64,000 bases of DNA, taken from positions 5,587 to 69,586 of the forward strand of contig CALXFJ010000004.1 in the NCBI GenBank assembly GCA_944387565.1, given 5' to 3'. Positions 10,913 to 20,274 of the stretch are shown piece by piece. This DNA is from an uncultured Clostridia bacterium. Its GTDB lineage: Bacteria; Bacillota; Clostridia; TANB77; CAG-508. Below the pieces are notes generated by a model that was not told the DNA's origin, did no database searches, and worked only from the letters and a program-made list of their open reading frames with translations. Positions within the stretch are counted from its first letter, which is position 1. Each line of letters opens with the position of its first letter. A program made the translations under genes and the position numbers.

Positions 10913-11440
10913 ATGAAAAATTATTATGAATTGTTAGAAGTAAACCCAAAAGCTTCAAAAGAAATAATAGAAAAAGCCTATAGAGTGTTAGTAAAAAAAT
11001 ATCATCCTGATTTATATCAAGGAGATGAAAAATTAATAGCACAAAAGAAAGTACAAGAATTGAATGAAGCATATCACGTACTTTCAGACAATTTTCTAAG
11101 AGAGCAATATGATATAGAATTAGAAAGAGAAAAAGAAAATAAATATAATAATATAAGCTATGAAACTAGTAGAAGAAAAAATAATGTAAGACAAGAAAGT
11201 AATGTAGCCGAAAATTATGAAACTCAAGAAAGACAACACAAAGTAGGAACATTTATGTCATTGATTGATTTATCAAAATCTATTTTCTCAAATAGACCTA
11301 GGAGAAGAGAAAAAAGAAAATTACAAAAAGAAGACAAAATGGCAGCAGTAATAACATTCGTAATAGTAGTTATATTAGGTATAATATTATGGTTTATACC
11401 AGCAACAAATGGATTTCTAAGAAGTTTAATACCATTCTAA
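10913..11440 (+). CDS. J-domain (DnaJ-like) protein with a C-terminal transmembrane anchor
   Basis: YYELLEV...AYRVLVKKYHPD is a J-domain with an HPD motif. The C-terminal hydrophobic segment is AAVITFVIVVILGIILWFIP. Confidence 0.8.
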   Translation: MKNYYELLEVNPKASKEIIEKAYRVLVKKYHPDLYQGDEKLIAQKKVQELNEAYHVLSDNFLREQYDIELEREKENKYNNISYETSRRKNNVRQESNVAENYETQERQHKVGTFMSLIDLSKSIFSNRPRRREKRKLQKEDKMAAVITFVIVVILGIILWFIPATNGFLRSLIPF

Positions 11441-11455
11441 AAAGAGGCGAAAAAT

Positions 11456-11977
11456 ATGTATTATGCAGATATAAAAAAAGCAGATGTAGCAAATGGAGTA
11501 GGAGTTAGAGTATCAGTTTTTGTAAGTGGGTGTACACATCATTGTAAAGACTGTTTTAATAAACAGGCTTGGGATTTCCATTATGGAAATGAGTTTACAG
11601 AAAGAGAAATAGAAAAAGTAGTAAATCTAATGGACCATTCATATGTATCAGGACTAACATTACTTGGAGGAGAACCATTTGAACATGTAAATCAACAAGG
11701 ATTATTACCATTAGTAAAAAAAGTAAAAGAAAAATTCCCAAATAAAAATATATGGTGTTATTCAGGATATACATTTGAAAAAGACATTATAGAAAGAATG
11801 TGTAAAGAGTGGAAAGAAACGCCAGAATTATTGTCATATATAGATGTTTTAGTAGATGGAGAATTTCAAGAAGATAAAAAAGATATAAAATTAAAATTCA
11901 GAGGTTCAAGTAATCAAAGAATAATAGATGTAAAAAAATCATTAAAAAACAATAAGACTGTTCTTTTTGATGTATAG
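11456..11977 (+). CDS. nrdG: Anaerobic ribonucleoside-triphosphate reductase activating protein
   Basis: N-terminal DVANG.G.R...FVSGCTHHCKDCFN is the CxxxCxxC radical-SAM cluster typical of NrdG. Length is 173 aa. Confidence 0.85.
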   Translation: MYYADIKKADVANGVGVRVSVFVSGCTHHCKDCFNKQAWDFHYGNEFTEREIEKVVNLMDHSYVSGLTLLGGEPFEHVNQQGLLPLVKKVKEKFPNKNIWCYSGYTFEKDIIERMCKEWKETPELLSYIDVLVDGEFQEDKKDIKLKFRGSSNQRIIDVKKSLKNNKTVLFDV

Positions 11978-11980
11978 CTA

Positions 11981-12009
11981 TTGACAAAATGTGCTAATTT
12001 ATGTATAAT
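11981..12009 (+). promoter_or_regulatory. Sigma-A type promoter for rpsU
   Basis: TTGACA (11981-86), a 17-nt spacer, then TATAAT (12004-09). Confidence 0.7.
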
Positions 12010-12073
12010 GTTAACGTTATAAGGGTTATCCCACATACCGTTTTGTATGGACCGGAAGGAGGGGGAATAAAAA

Positions 12074-12247
12074 ATGTCAGAGATAAAAGTTAATAATGGT
12101 AATATAGAAGATGCTTTAAAAAGATTTAAAAGACAATGTGCTAGAAATGGAGTTCTTCAAGAAGTTCGTAAAAGAGAACACTATGAAAAACCTAGTGTAA
12201 AAAGAAAGAAAAAATCAGAAGCAGCAAGAAAAAGAAAATTTAATTAG
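12074..12247 (+). CDS. rpsU: 30S ribosomal protein S21 (below the ORF-track size cutoff)
   Basis: Hand translation gives [68 protein letters not shown] is upstream. Confidence 0.9.
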   Translation: MSEIKVNNGNIEDALKRFKRQCARNGVLQEVRKREHYEKPSVKRKKKSEAARKRKFN

Positions 12248-12256
12248 AAAAATAAG

Positions 12257-12292
12257 TTGGGAGTAAGGGAATTTATACTTCCAATTTTTTTT
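12257..12292 (+). terminator. Rho-independent terminator after rpsU
   Basis: TTGGGAGTA pairs with TACTTCCAA (one G-U), followed by T8. Confidence 0.7.
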
Positions 12293-12354
12293 ATTTTTCC
12301 GTTTTAAAAAAGAGATTATGGTATATAATAAAAAAGAAAAAGGAGGAGAAAAGA

Positions 12355-13623
12355 ATGGATTGTAAAAAACAAGAAATAAAAAAAGGAATTAAACTTCATG
12401 TTATAAGAACAGATAAATTTAAAACAAATTTAATGGCTGTATTTTTAACAACAAAATTAACAAGAGAAAATGTAACAAAAAATGCACTAATATCAATGGT
12501 TTTAAGAAGAGGAAGCAAAACAATGAAAACACAAGAAGAAATAAGTAAAAGCATGGAAGAAATGTATGGTGCAATATTTGATTGTGGATTAGATAAAACA
12601 GGAGATAATCAAGTATTAAAATTCTATATAGAATCAATAAATGATAATTACTTGCCAAAACATAATGAAAATATATTAGAAAAAAGTGTTAGAAATTTAT
12701 TAGAAATAGTATTTAATCCATATATAGAAAATGAAGGATTTAAAGAAGAATATGTAGAACAAGAAAAACAAAATATAAAACATAGAATAGAAGGAAAAAT
12801 AGACAATAAAGCAAGATATGCAAATGAAAGATGCGTAGAAGAAATGTTTAAAAACGAGCCATTTGGATTATATAAATTTGGATATGAAGAAGACCTAAAA
12901 GACTTAAATGGAAAAGAATTATATAAATATTATCAAGAATTAATAAATACATGTAAAATAGATATATTTATATCAGGTGACTTAAAAGAACAAGATGAAA
13001 AATTAATAGTAGAAGATGAAAATATAAAAGGTTTAAAAGAAAGAGAGCCAGTTTTTGAAATGCCTAAAATAGAAAAAAGAGAAGTAAAAAAAGAAAATGT
13101 CGTTACAGAATCAATGGAAGTAACACAAGGAAAACTAGTATTAGGTTTAGATGTTAATATAGAAAATGAAGAACAAAAATATATAGTACTTCTTTATAAT
13201 AGTATCTTAGGAGGTTCTGCTAATTCAAAATTATTCCAGAATGTAAGAGAAAAAGCACATTTAGCATATGTAGCATCATCTAGTTATCTAAGATATAAAA
13301 ATGTAATATTCATAAATTCAGGAATAGAAATATCAAATTATGAAAAAGCGTTAGAATTAATAAGAGAACAAATAAAAGAAATTAAAGAAGGAAACTATAG
13401 CGAACAAGATATAGAAGATAGTAAAAAAGGAATAGTATCAGCAATAAAAACAATATATGATGAACAAGATACAGCAATAATGTATTACTTTGGACAAGAA
13501 TTATCAGGAAGCAACGTATCTGTTGAAGATTATATTAAAAAAATGGAAAATATTAAAAAAGAAGAAATTTTAGATATTGCTAAAAATGTAATGATAAACA
13601 CAATTTATTTTTTAAAAGATTAA
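12355..13623 (+). CDS. M16 (pitrilysin) family peptidase-like protein lacking the HxxEH motif, probably the non-catalytic partner
   Basis: Its size, its position immediately upstream of an HxxEH-bearing M16 gene and its overall similarity pattern fit this call. No HxxEH is seen in the N-terminal region. Confidence 0.7.
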   Translation: MDCKKQEIKKGIKLHVIRTDKFKTNLMAVFLTTKLTRENVTKNALISMVLRRGSKTMKTQEEISKSMEEMYGAIFDCGLDKTGDNQVLKFYIESINDNYLPKHNENILEKSVRNLLEIVFNPYIENEGFKEEYVEQEKQNIKHRIEGKIDNKARYANERCVEEMFKNEPFGLYKFGYEEDLKDLNGKELYKYYQELINTCKIDIFISGDLKEQDEKLIVEDENIKGLKEREPVFEMPKIEKREVKKENVVTESMEVTQGKLVLGLDVNIENEEQKYIVLLYNSILGGSANSKLFQNVREKAHLAYVASSSYLRYKNVIFINSGIEISNYEKALELIREQIKEIKEGNYSEQDIEDSKKGIVSAIKTIYDEQDTAIMYYFGQELSGSNVSVEDYIKKMENIKKEEILDIAKNVMINTIYFLKD

Positions 13624-13641
13624 AGTAAAGGAGTTTAAAGT

Positions 13642-14916
13642 ATGCAGATAATAGATAATTTAAAAATAAAAGAAAAATTATATATTGAAAAATTAGAAAA
13701 TGGACTTACTGTTATGATAGTACCAAAAGCAAAAATGCAAAAAAAATATATGATATGGGGAACTAATTATGGCTCAAATGATAACAAATTTATAGCACCA
13801 GGAGAAGAAAAAATAACAGAAGTACCAAAAGGAGTTGCACACTTTCTAGAACATAAAATGTTTGAACAAGAAAATGGAACAAACAGTTTAGATACATTAA
13901 CAGCATTAGGAGTTAATGCAAACGCATATACAACAAATGACCATACAGCATATTTATTTGAATGTACAGATAATTTCTATGAAGCAATGGATGAATTAAT
14001 GGATTATGTGCAACATCCATATTTTACAGATGAAAATGTAGAAAAAGAAAAAGGAATAATAGGACAAGAAATTAGAATGTATGATGACTATCCAGAGTGG
14101 AGAGTATACTTAAACACAATGGAAGCAATGTATCATAATAATCCAATAAAAATAGATATAACAGGAACAATAGAAACAATAAGTAAAATAGATAAAGATA
14201 TTTTATATAAATGTTATAACACATTTTATCATCCATCAAACATGGCAATGGTAATAGTAGGAGACTTTAAACCAGAAGACATGATAGAAGAAGTAAAGAA
14301 AAGATTAATAAAAAAAGAGCCATGTGGAGAAATAAAAAGAATATATGAAGAAGAGCCAGAAGAAATAGTAAAAGAAAAGATAGAACAAAAATTAGAAGTG
14401 AGTGAGCCATTATATACAATAGGAATAAAAGATAAAGTTACAACAAACAAAAAGGAATTAGTGAAAAAAGACCTTTGCATTGGAATTCTACTTAATTTAT
14501 TATTAGGAAGAAGTTCTAATTTATATAAAAAATTATATCAAGAAGGAATAATATATGGAGGGCCAAGTTTAGATTATGAATTTGGCAATACTTATGCACA
14601 TATATTAATATCAGGACAAGCAAGTAGTCCTAATAAAGTATATGAAGAATTTATTAAACAAGTAGAAGAATTTAAAGAAAAAGGAATAAATGAAGAAGAT
14701 TTTAATCGTATAAAGAAAATGATATATGGAAGTTATGCAAGAGAATATAATGATGTACAAGATATTGCAAGAATGTTCTTATCAGATTATTTTAAAGGAA
14801 TATGTAGTTTTGATTATTTAGAAGAAATAGAAGAAATAAATATCAATTCTATAAATCAAATGTTAAAAGATGTATTTAAAAGAGATAAAATGGTACTTTC
14901 TATTGTAAAAAATTAG
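13642..14916 (+). CDS. M16 family zinc peptidase (insulinase-like), catalytic subunit
   Basis: GVAHFLEHKMFE carries the inverted zinc motif HxxEH. Confidence 0.85.
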   Translation: MQIIDNLKIKEKLYIEKLENGLTVMIVPKAKMQKKYMIWGTNYGSNDNKFIAPGEEKITEVPKGVAHFLEHKMFEQENGTNSLDTLTALGVNANAYTTNDHTAYLFECTDNFYEAMDELMDYVQHPYFTDENVEKEKGIIGQEIRMYDDYPEWRVYLNTMEAMYHNNPIKIDITGTIETISKIDKDILYKCYNTFYHPSNMAMVIVGDFKPEDMIEEVKKRLIKKEPCGEIKRIYEEEPEEIVKEKIEQKLEVSEPLYTIGIKDKVTTNKKELVKKDLCIGILLNLLLGRSSNLYKKLYQEGIIYGGPSLDYEFGNTYAHILISGQASSPNKVYEEFIKQVEEFKEKGINEEDFNRIKKMIYGSYAREYNDVQDIARMFLSDYFKGICSFDYLEEIEEININSINQMLKDVFKRDKMVLSIVKN

Positions 14917-14936
14917 AAATAAAAAATGTAAGAAAA

Positions 14937-14976
14937 ACAGCAATTATAAAATAAAAATTATAATGCTGTTTTTTTA
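14937..14976 (+). terminator. Rho-independent terminator after the M16 pair
   Basis: ACAGCAATTATAA pairs with TTATAATGCTGT (one bulge), followed by a T-run. Confidence 0.7.
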
Positions 14977-14986
14977 TGTTTTTTAA

Positions 14987-14993
14987 TGTCGAA
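14987..14993 (+). promoter_or_regulatory. Candidate Spo0A box (TGTCGAA)
   Basis: Exact match to the 0A-box consensus TGNCGAA, about 120 nt upstream of the Spo0E-like gene. It is a single 7-mer, so a chance match is possible. Confidence 0.3.
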
Positions 14994-15112
14994 AAATGTA
15001 AAAATATGTCATACGAAAATTGACAAAAACACTTGAAAATACTTGACTTGAGAAAATTTATGTGGTAACTTATATTTATACCAAAGATAATAAATAAAAA
15101 GGAGAGATTAGT

Positions 15113-15283
15113 ATGTTAAATGATGAAATTTGTAAATTAAGAGATAAATTAAATAAAAGTATTGAAAAAGGAGAAGATTATAGTGTAATCTATGAACTTA
15201 GTGTGCAATTAGATGAATTAATTGCAAAATACTATAACGATTTAAAAAATAATAAAAAAAAACTAGCATGGATAGCACTATAA
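15113..15283 (+). CDS. Spo0E-family sporulation regulatory aspartyl-phosphate phosphatase-like protein (56 aa, below the ORF-track cutoff)
   Basis: Hand translation gives MLNDEICKLRDKLNKSIEKGEDYSVIYELSVQLDELIAKYYNDLKNNKKKLAWIAL. The S-Q-L-D-E-L-I motif is typical of the Spo0E family. RBS GGAGAG is upstream. Confidence 0.65.
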   Translation: MLNDEICKLRDKLNKSIEKGEDYSVIYELSVQLDELIAKYYNDLKNNKKKLAWIAL

Positions 15284-15290
15284 AGTAAAA

Positions 15291-15319
15291 CCCTCTAAAT
15301 ATATTTAGGGGGCTTTGTT
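15291..15319 (+). terminator. Terminator after the Spo0E-like gene
   Basis: CCCTCTAAAT pairs with ATTTAGGGGG (one wobble), followed by CTTTGTT. Confidence 0.55.
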
Positions 15320-15438
15320 ATGTGCTTTGTAAAAATAATCCAAAGTATTACTTGAAAAAATAAGCAATATATAATATAATAACTAAACTAATATAACCTA
15401 TATCTATAATTAGATGAGGTTCTAAAGTTTAAAAGGTT

Positions 15439-16632
15439 GTGACTAAAATGAACACAATAGTATTAAAATTTGGAGGAAGTTCAGTAGCAGACAACATAAA
15501 ATTAAATGTTGTTGCAAAAAAAGTAATTAGCTTAAAGGAGAAAAAAGCAAAAAACATTGTAGTAGTTGTTTCAGCACAAGGAAAAACTACAGACAGATTA
15601 ATCAAAGAGGCACAAGAACTATCGGCAGTGCCAAATGAAAGAGAACTAGATATGTTACTTTCAACAGGAGAACAAGTAACAATATCAAAACTAAGCATTT
15701 TATTAAACAGAATGGGATATCCAGCTGTGTCTCTAACTGGATGGCAAGCAGGGATTGAGACAAATGATGTTTATGGAAGTGCTAAAATAAAAGAAATTTA
15801 TACAAAGAGAATTGAAGAAGAACTAGAAAAGGGAAAAATAGTAATAGTTGCTGGTTTCCAAGGGATAAATAGAAAAGGAGATATAACCACACTTGGTAGA
15901 GGTGGTTCAGATACCACGGCAGTTGCTTTGCAAGCAGCATTAAAAGCAGATAAATGTTATATCTTTTCAGATGTAGATGGAATATATTCAGCAGACCCTA
16001 ATATGGTAACGATGGCAAAAAGGTTAGATGAAATATCATTTGATGAAATGCAAGAAATAGCAGATGCAGGAGCAAAAGTATTACATAATAGATGTATCCA
16101 AATAGGAAAGAAATTTGGAAATGATATAATTGCAAAATCTACTTTTACAGACGAAGGTGGAACTAGGGTATGCCAAGGAATTGAGACAAGAGATGTAAAA
16201 AGTATTGTAAAAAATGACGGATTAATAACAGTAATAATGAATAACAAAAAAGGAGTAACAGCAAAGCAAGGTTATATAATATATAAGAGTTTATTAGAAC
16301 AAAATATAATTGTAGAATGGTTTGAAAGAGACAGCGATTCTTTTAAATTTAGAATAAAAAAAGCAGAATTAAATAAAGTACAAACATTAGTAGATAGTAA
16401 ATTTCCAGAATATGAAATTGTTTTAGAAGATTTTATTAAGCTTAGTATTGTTGGATATGGCATAATACAAGACAATGTTATATTAAATAAAACAATGGAC
16501 TTACTTAACGAATATAATGTAAAAGTAATAAAGGTTAGTCTAACTCAATCTAAAATAGAAATTGTAGTAGATGATATAAAACCGGAAACATTAGAAGTAT
16601 TACATAAAGAATTAATAAGAAAGGAGAGATAG
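15439..16632 (+). CDS. Aspartate kinase (monofunctional, DapG/LysC class)
   Basis: LKFGGSSV and GRGGSDTTA motifs are present, with C-terminal ACT-like repeats. The start may be ATG 15448 rather than GTG 15439. Confidence 0.9.
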   Translation: MTKMNTIVLKFGGSSVADNIKLNVVAKKVISLKEKKAKNIVVVVSAQGKTTDRLIKEAQELSAVPNERELDMLLSTGEQVTISKLSILLNRMGYPAVSLTGWQAGIETNDVYGSAKIKEIYTKRIEEELEKGKIVIVAGFQGINRKGDITTLGRGGSDTTAVALQAALKADKCYIFSDVDGIYSADPNMVTMAKRLDEISFDEMQEIADAGAKVLHNRCIQIGKKFGNDIIAKSTFTDEGGTRVCQGIETRDVKSIVKNDGLITVIMNNKKGVTAKQGYIIYKSLLEQNIIVEWFERDSDSFKFRIKKAELNKVQTLVDSKFPEYEIVLEDFIKLSIVGYGIIQDNVILNKTMDLLNEYNVKVIKVSLTQSKIEIVVDDIKPETLEVLHKELIRKER

Positions 16633-16634
16633 AT

Positions 16635-17522
16635 ATGAAAAAAACTATCTTTAAAGGCTGTGGAACAGCTATAGCAACACCTTTTACAGAGGATGGTGTG
16701 AATTTTGATGAGTTTGGAAAATTACTAGAAGACCAAATTGCAAATGAAGTAGATGCAATTATAGTTTGTGGAACAACAGGAGAATCTGCAACAATGTCAG
16801 AAGAAGAGAAAAAAGAAGTTATTAAATTTGCAATAGACAAAGTAAACAAAAGAACAAAAGTAGTAATAGGAACAGGAAGTAATAACACAACTTCAGCTAT
16901 AAAAATGTCAAAATATGCGGAAGAAGCAGGTGCAGATGCACTTTTAGTAGTAACACCATATTATAATAAAACAACACAAAAAGGATTAGTAGCACACTAT
17001 AAAGCAATTGCAGAATCTGTAAGTTTACCAATTATAATGTATAGTGTACCTAGTAGAACAGGAGTAAATATAACTCCAGAAACATGTTTAGAACTTTCAA
17101 AAATAGAAAATATAGTAGCAATTAAAGAAGCAAGTGGAAATATATCACAAGTAGCTAAGATTGCTAGTTTATGCAAAGATAATTTAGATATATATTCAGG
17201 AAATGATGACCAAGTAATACCATTACTTTCTTTAGGAGGAAAAGGAGTAATTTCAGTATTATCAAATGTTATGCCAAAATATACACATGAAATGGTTCAT
17301 AAATATCTAGATGGAGATGTAAAAGAAGCAAGTAAAATGCAATTAGATGTATTAGATTTAATAGATGCATTATTTTGTGAGGTAAACCCAATACCAGTAA
17401 AATATGCATTAAACTTAATGGGATATAATTTCGGAAAACCGCGTATGCCATTAATAGAATTATCAGACAGTAATAAGGAAAAATTAGAAGAAATTATGAA
17501 AAAACATAATTTAATAAAATAA
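16635..17522 (+). CDS. dapA: 4-hydroxy-tetrahydrodipicolinate synthase
   Basis: TAIATPF...CGTTGESATMS...PYYNK... is the DapA signature. Length is 295 aa. Confidence 0.92.
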   Translation: MKKTIFKGCGTAIATPFTEDGVNFDEFGKLLEDQIANEVDAIIVCGTTGESATMSEEEKKEVIKFAIDKVNKRTKVVIGTGSNNTTSAIKMSKYAEEAGADALLVVTPYYNKTTQKGLVAHYKAIAESVSLPIIMYSVPSRTGVNITPETCLELSKIENIVAIKEASGNISQVAKIASLCKDNLDIYSGNDDQVIPLLSLGGKGVISVLSNVMPKYTHEMVHKYLDGDVKEASKMQLDVLDLIDALFCEVNPIPVKYALNLMGYNFGKPRMPLIELSDSNKEKLEEIMKKHNLIK

Positions 17523-17540
17523 GAAATAGGGAGATAGAAA

Positions 17541-18305
17541 ATGAATGTATTAGTAAGTGGAGCAAGTGGAAAAATGGGAGATGAAGTTGCAAAAGAAATA
17601 GAAAATCACAAAGATTTAAATTTAGTATGTGGTTTTGATAAAGAAAATAGCAACGAAAAAGGATTTCCTATTTATTCTAATATAGATAATATAAAAGAAA
17701 AAGTAGATGTAATAATAGACTTTTCAGTACCACAAGCAACTTTTAAGATATTGGAATATGCTGTAAAAAATAAAGTCCCAATAGTAATAGCGACAACAGG
17801 ATTTACAAAAGAAGAAATAGAACAAATAAAAGAATTCTCTAAAGAAATACCTATATTTAGAAGCTCAAATATGTCATTAGATATTAATTTAATGGCAAGA
17901 ATATTACAAGAAGTAGCTAAAGTTTTAAAAGATACAGATATAGAAATAATAGAAACACATCATAATAGAAAATTAGATGCACCAAGTGGAACAGCAATTC
18001 TTTTAGCAAATGCAATAAATGAAGTATTAGAAGAAAAGAAAACATATGATTTTGAAAGAATGAAAAGAAGAGCACCAAGGAGCAAAAATGAAATAGGATT
18101 TTCATCTATAAGAGGAGGAAATATTGTAGGAGAACATACAGTATGTTTCTTTGGAGAAAATGAAACACTAGAAATAACACATAAAGCATATTCAAGAAAA
18201 GTATTCGCAGAAGGAGCTGTAAAAGCAGCAACATTCTTAGTAAACAAGAAAAATGGATTATATGATATGAAATGTCTCACTGGGGACGTTTCTAATGCGA
18301 CATAA
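17541..18305 (+). CDS. dapB: 4-hydroxy-tetrahydrodipicolinate reductase
   Basis: N-terminal GASGKMG Rossmann motif and E(T)HHNRKLDAPSGTA motif. Confidence 0.92.
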   Translation: MNVLVSGASGKMGDEVAKEIENHKDLNLVCGFDKENSNEKGFPIYSNIDNIKEKVDVIIDFSVPQATFKILEYAVKNKVPIVIATTGFTKEEIEQIKEFSKEIPIFRSSNMSLDINLMARILQEVAKVLKDTDIEIIETHHNRKLDAPSGTAILLANAINEVLEEKKTYDFERMKRRAPRSKNEIGFSSIRGGNIVGEHTVCFFGENETLEITHKAYSRKVFAEGAVKAATFLVNKKNGLYDMKCLTGDVSNAT

Positions 18306-18324
18306 TATTTAAATATAAGCAAAA

Positions 18325-18360
18325 ATATAAAGGTAGATTTAAATACCTTTATATTTTTTG
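18325..18360. terminator. Bidirectional terminator between dapB and the convergent asd
   Basis: ATATAAAGGTA pairs with TACCTTTATAT, flanked by A-rich and T-rich runs. Confidence 0.7.
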
Positions 18361-18363
18361 ACC

Positions 18364-19356
18364 TTATTTATTATTAATTAATTTCTCTACAATTTGAACG
18401 GCATTACTTGCTGCACCTTTTCTTATGTTATCGGCAACAACCCAAAGATTAATTCCAGATTCAACACTTTCATCACGACGAACTCTTCCAACAAAAACTT
18501 CATCATGGCCAGTCGCATCAATAGCCATAGGATATTGATTTGTACTTGGGTCATCTACTAAAACAATATTTGGAAAACTTTTTAAAGTAGATATTAAATC
18601 ATCCATATCAAATTGTTTATCAAATTCAACATTAATAGATTCAGAATGAGAATTTGAAACAGGAACTCTAACAGCTGTTGCTGTGATTTTTAAATCAGGT
18701 CTATGAAGAATCTTTCTTGTTTCATTTACCATTTTCATTTCCTCTTTTGTATATCCATTATCTAAGAATTTATCAATATGTGGTAAACAATTGTTGTATA
18801 TTGGATGAGGGAATTTCTTTAATGGTTTTGAATTATCTTCATTTGCTAAATCATCTAAAGCATCTTTACCAGCACCTGATACAGCTTGGTAAGTAGAGTA
18901 AACAATTCTTTTAATATGGTATTTATCATCTAAAGCTTTAAGAGGAAGCATTGCTTGAATTGTAGAACAATTTGGATTAGCTATGATTCCTTTATTATTT
19001 AAAGCATCTTCAAAATTAACTTCTGGTACTACTAAAGGCACATCATCATCCATACGAAAATAACTACTATTATCAACAACAATTGCACCTTGACTTACTG
19101 CTATTGGAGCATATTTTTTAGAAACATCTCCACCCGCAGAAAATAGAGCGAAGTCAAAACCTTCATCAAAAGAATGCTCATTTAATTCTTCTACTGTGTA
19201 GTCCTTTCCCATAAATTTTAATTTTTCACCTGCAGATTTCTTACTTGCAAAAAGAACATATTTAGAAACAGGTAATTTTTTTTCTTCTAAAACACGAAGA
19301 AATGACCTACCCACAAGGCCTGTTGCGCCTACTACGGCAATTTTATAATTTTTCAT
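18364..19356 (-). CDS. asd: Aspartate-semialdehyde dehydrogenase
   Basis: VVGATGLVGR and NPNCSTIQ (active-site Cys) motifs. Length is 330 aa. Confidence 0.92.
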   Translation of the reverse strand: MKNYKIAVVGATGLVGRSFLRVLEEKKLPVSKYVLFASKKSAGEKLKFMGKDYTVEELNEHSFDEGFDFALFSAGGDVSKKYAPIAVSQGAIVVDNSSYFRMDDDVPLVVPEVNFEDALNNKGIIANPNCSTIQAMLPLKALDDKYHIKRIVYSTYQAVSGAGKDALDDLANEDNSKPLKKFPHPIYNNCLPHIDKFLDNGYTKEEMKMVNETRKILHRPDLKITATAVRVPVSNSHSESINVEFDKQFDMDDLISTLKSFPNIVLVDDPSTNQYPMAIDATGHDEVFVGRVRRDESVESGINLWVVADNIRKGAASNAVQIVEKLINNK

Positions 19357-19470
19357 TTTTATACCCTCCTTAAGAGTATATATGTTTAAAGGAAAATTTT
19401 AGTTAAAATTCTTCCTATATTATTTTACTACAAAATGATAAAAAAATAAATCAAAAATTAAAATTTGTAA

Positions 19471-19499
19471 TTGATAAAGGATAATAAATGTGATAAAAT
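19471..19499 (+). promoter_or_regulatory. Sigma-A type promoter with an extended -10
   Basis: TTGATA, a 17-nt spacer ending in TGA, then TAAAAT. Confidence 0.5.
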
Positions 19500-19551
19500 A
19501 TCTCTACGCAACAAAAGTTGCATTTTAAGTACCTAGTAGAAAGGTAAAAAA

Positions 19552-20151
19552 ATGATAGTCAATGGAGTAATACCATTTGATGAAGTAAAAACACAAATTG
19601 TGATTCCAAACCCAGGAGGAAGAAAATATTTTGTAAAAGCTGAAGAAAGTGGACACAAAGAAGTACAAACTTTTACAAGCAGAATTTTTCCAAAAGAAAT
19701 CACACTAAATCTTATAGGTTTTAAAAAAGCCAAAGATGGAAGTAGTTATCCAGTATATATAACAGGTGTAACAAATAAATATCTATGGCTAAAAGGACAA
19801 GTAGGATTTAGAAATGCATCTGAAATCATAAATAATATATTAAAAGAACTTCTTAAACAAGAAGGAATTCTAGAAGTAAGAAGTGTGAAACAGGAAGATT
19901 TAAAGTTATTTAAATATGGAATTGAAAAACATTCGCCGTATTGGATAGATTCTTGTAGCATTAATTACTTAGGAGGGTATGTTAATTATGTAAAGAAATG
20001 GCTAAATAATAGTTTTATAAGAGATGCATATTTATTTTATAATAATAGCAATACAAATGACCAACATTATTATGGCATGCGGGCTGTTATTGTTTTGAAT
20101 CAGAAAGTAATTATTAAAAATAATAAAAAGATAAAATGGGTAGAATCATAA
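19552..20151 (+). CDS. Hypothetical protein (199 aa)
   Basis: An ORF with a weak RBS (GAAAGG) and its own terminator. No family was recognised. It contains the only ordinary in-frame CGG codon I found in the window (20080-82). Confidence 0.55.
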   Translation: MIVNGVIPFDEVKTQIVIPNPGGRKYFVKAEESGHKEVQTFTSRIFPKEITLNLIGFKKAKDGSSYPVYITGVTNKYLWLKGQVGFRNASEIINNILKELLKQEGILEVRSVKQEDLKLFKYGIEKHSPYWIDSCSINYLGGYVNYVKKWLNNSFIRDAYLFYNNSNTNDQHYYGMRAVIVLNQKVIIKNNKKIKWVES

Positions 20152-20160
20152 TTAAGTAGA

Positions 20161-20194
20161 AAACAGACCTCTTAAATAAGAGGTCTGTTTTCTG
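20161..20194 (+). terminator. Rho-independent terminator
   Basis: AAACAGACCTCTTAAATAAGAGGTCTGTTTTCT has a perfect stem plus a U-tail. Confidence 0.85.
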
Positions 20195-20274
20195 TGAAGC
20201 GATAATTGCTAATATTTAACTTGATTTTTAAGCAAAAATATTATATAATAATTTGCCAAGTGGAGGGGAAAGTA

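Noticed and set aside
11456-11977. nrdG without an adjacent nrdD.
   Set aside because: Unlinked nrdD/nrdG occur in several Firmicutes. Nothing in the sequence suggests more than ordinary gene order variation.
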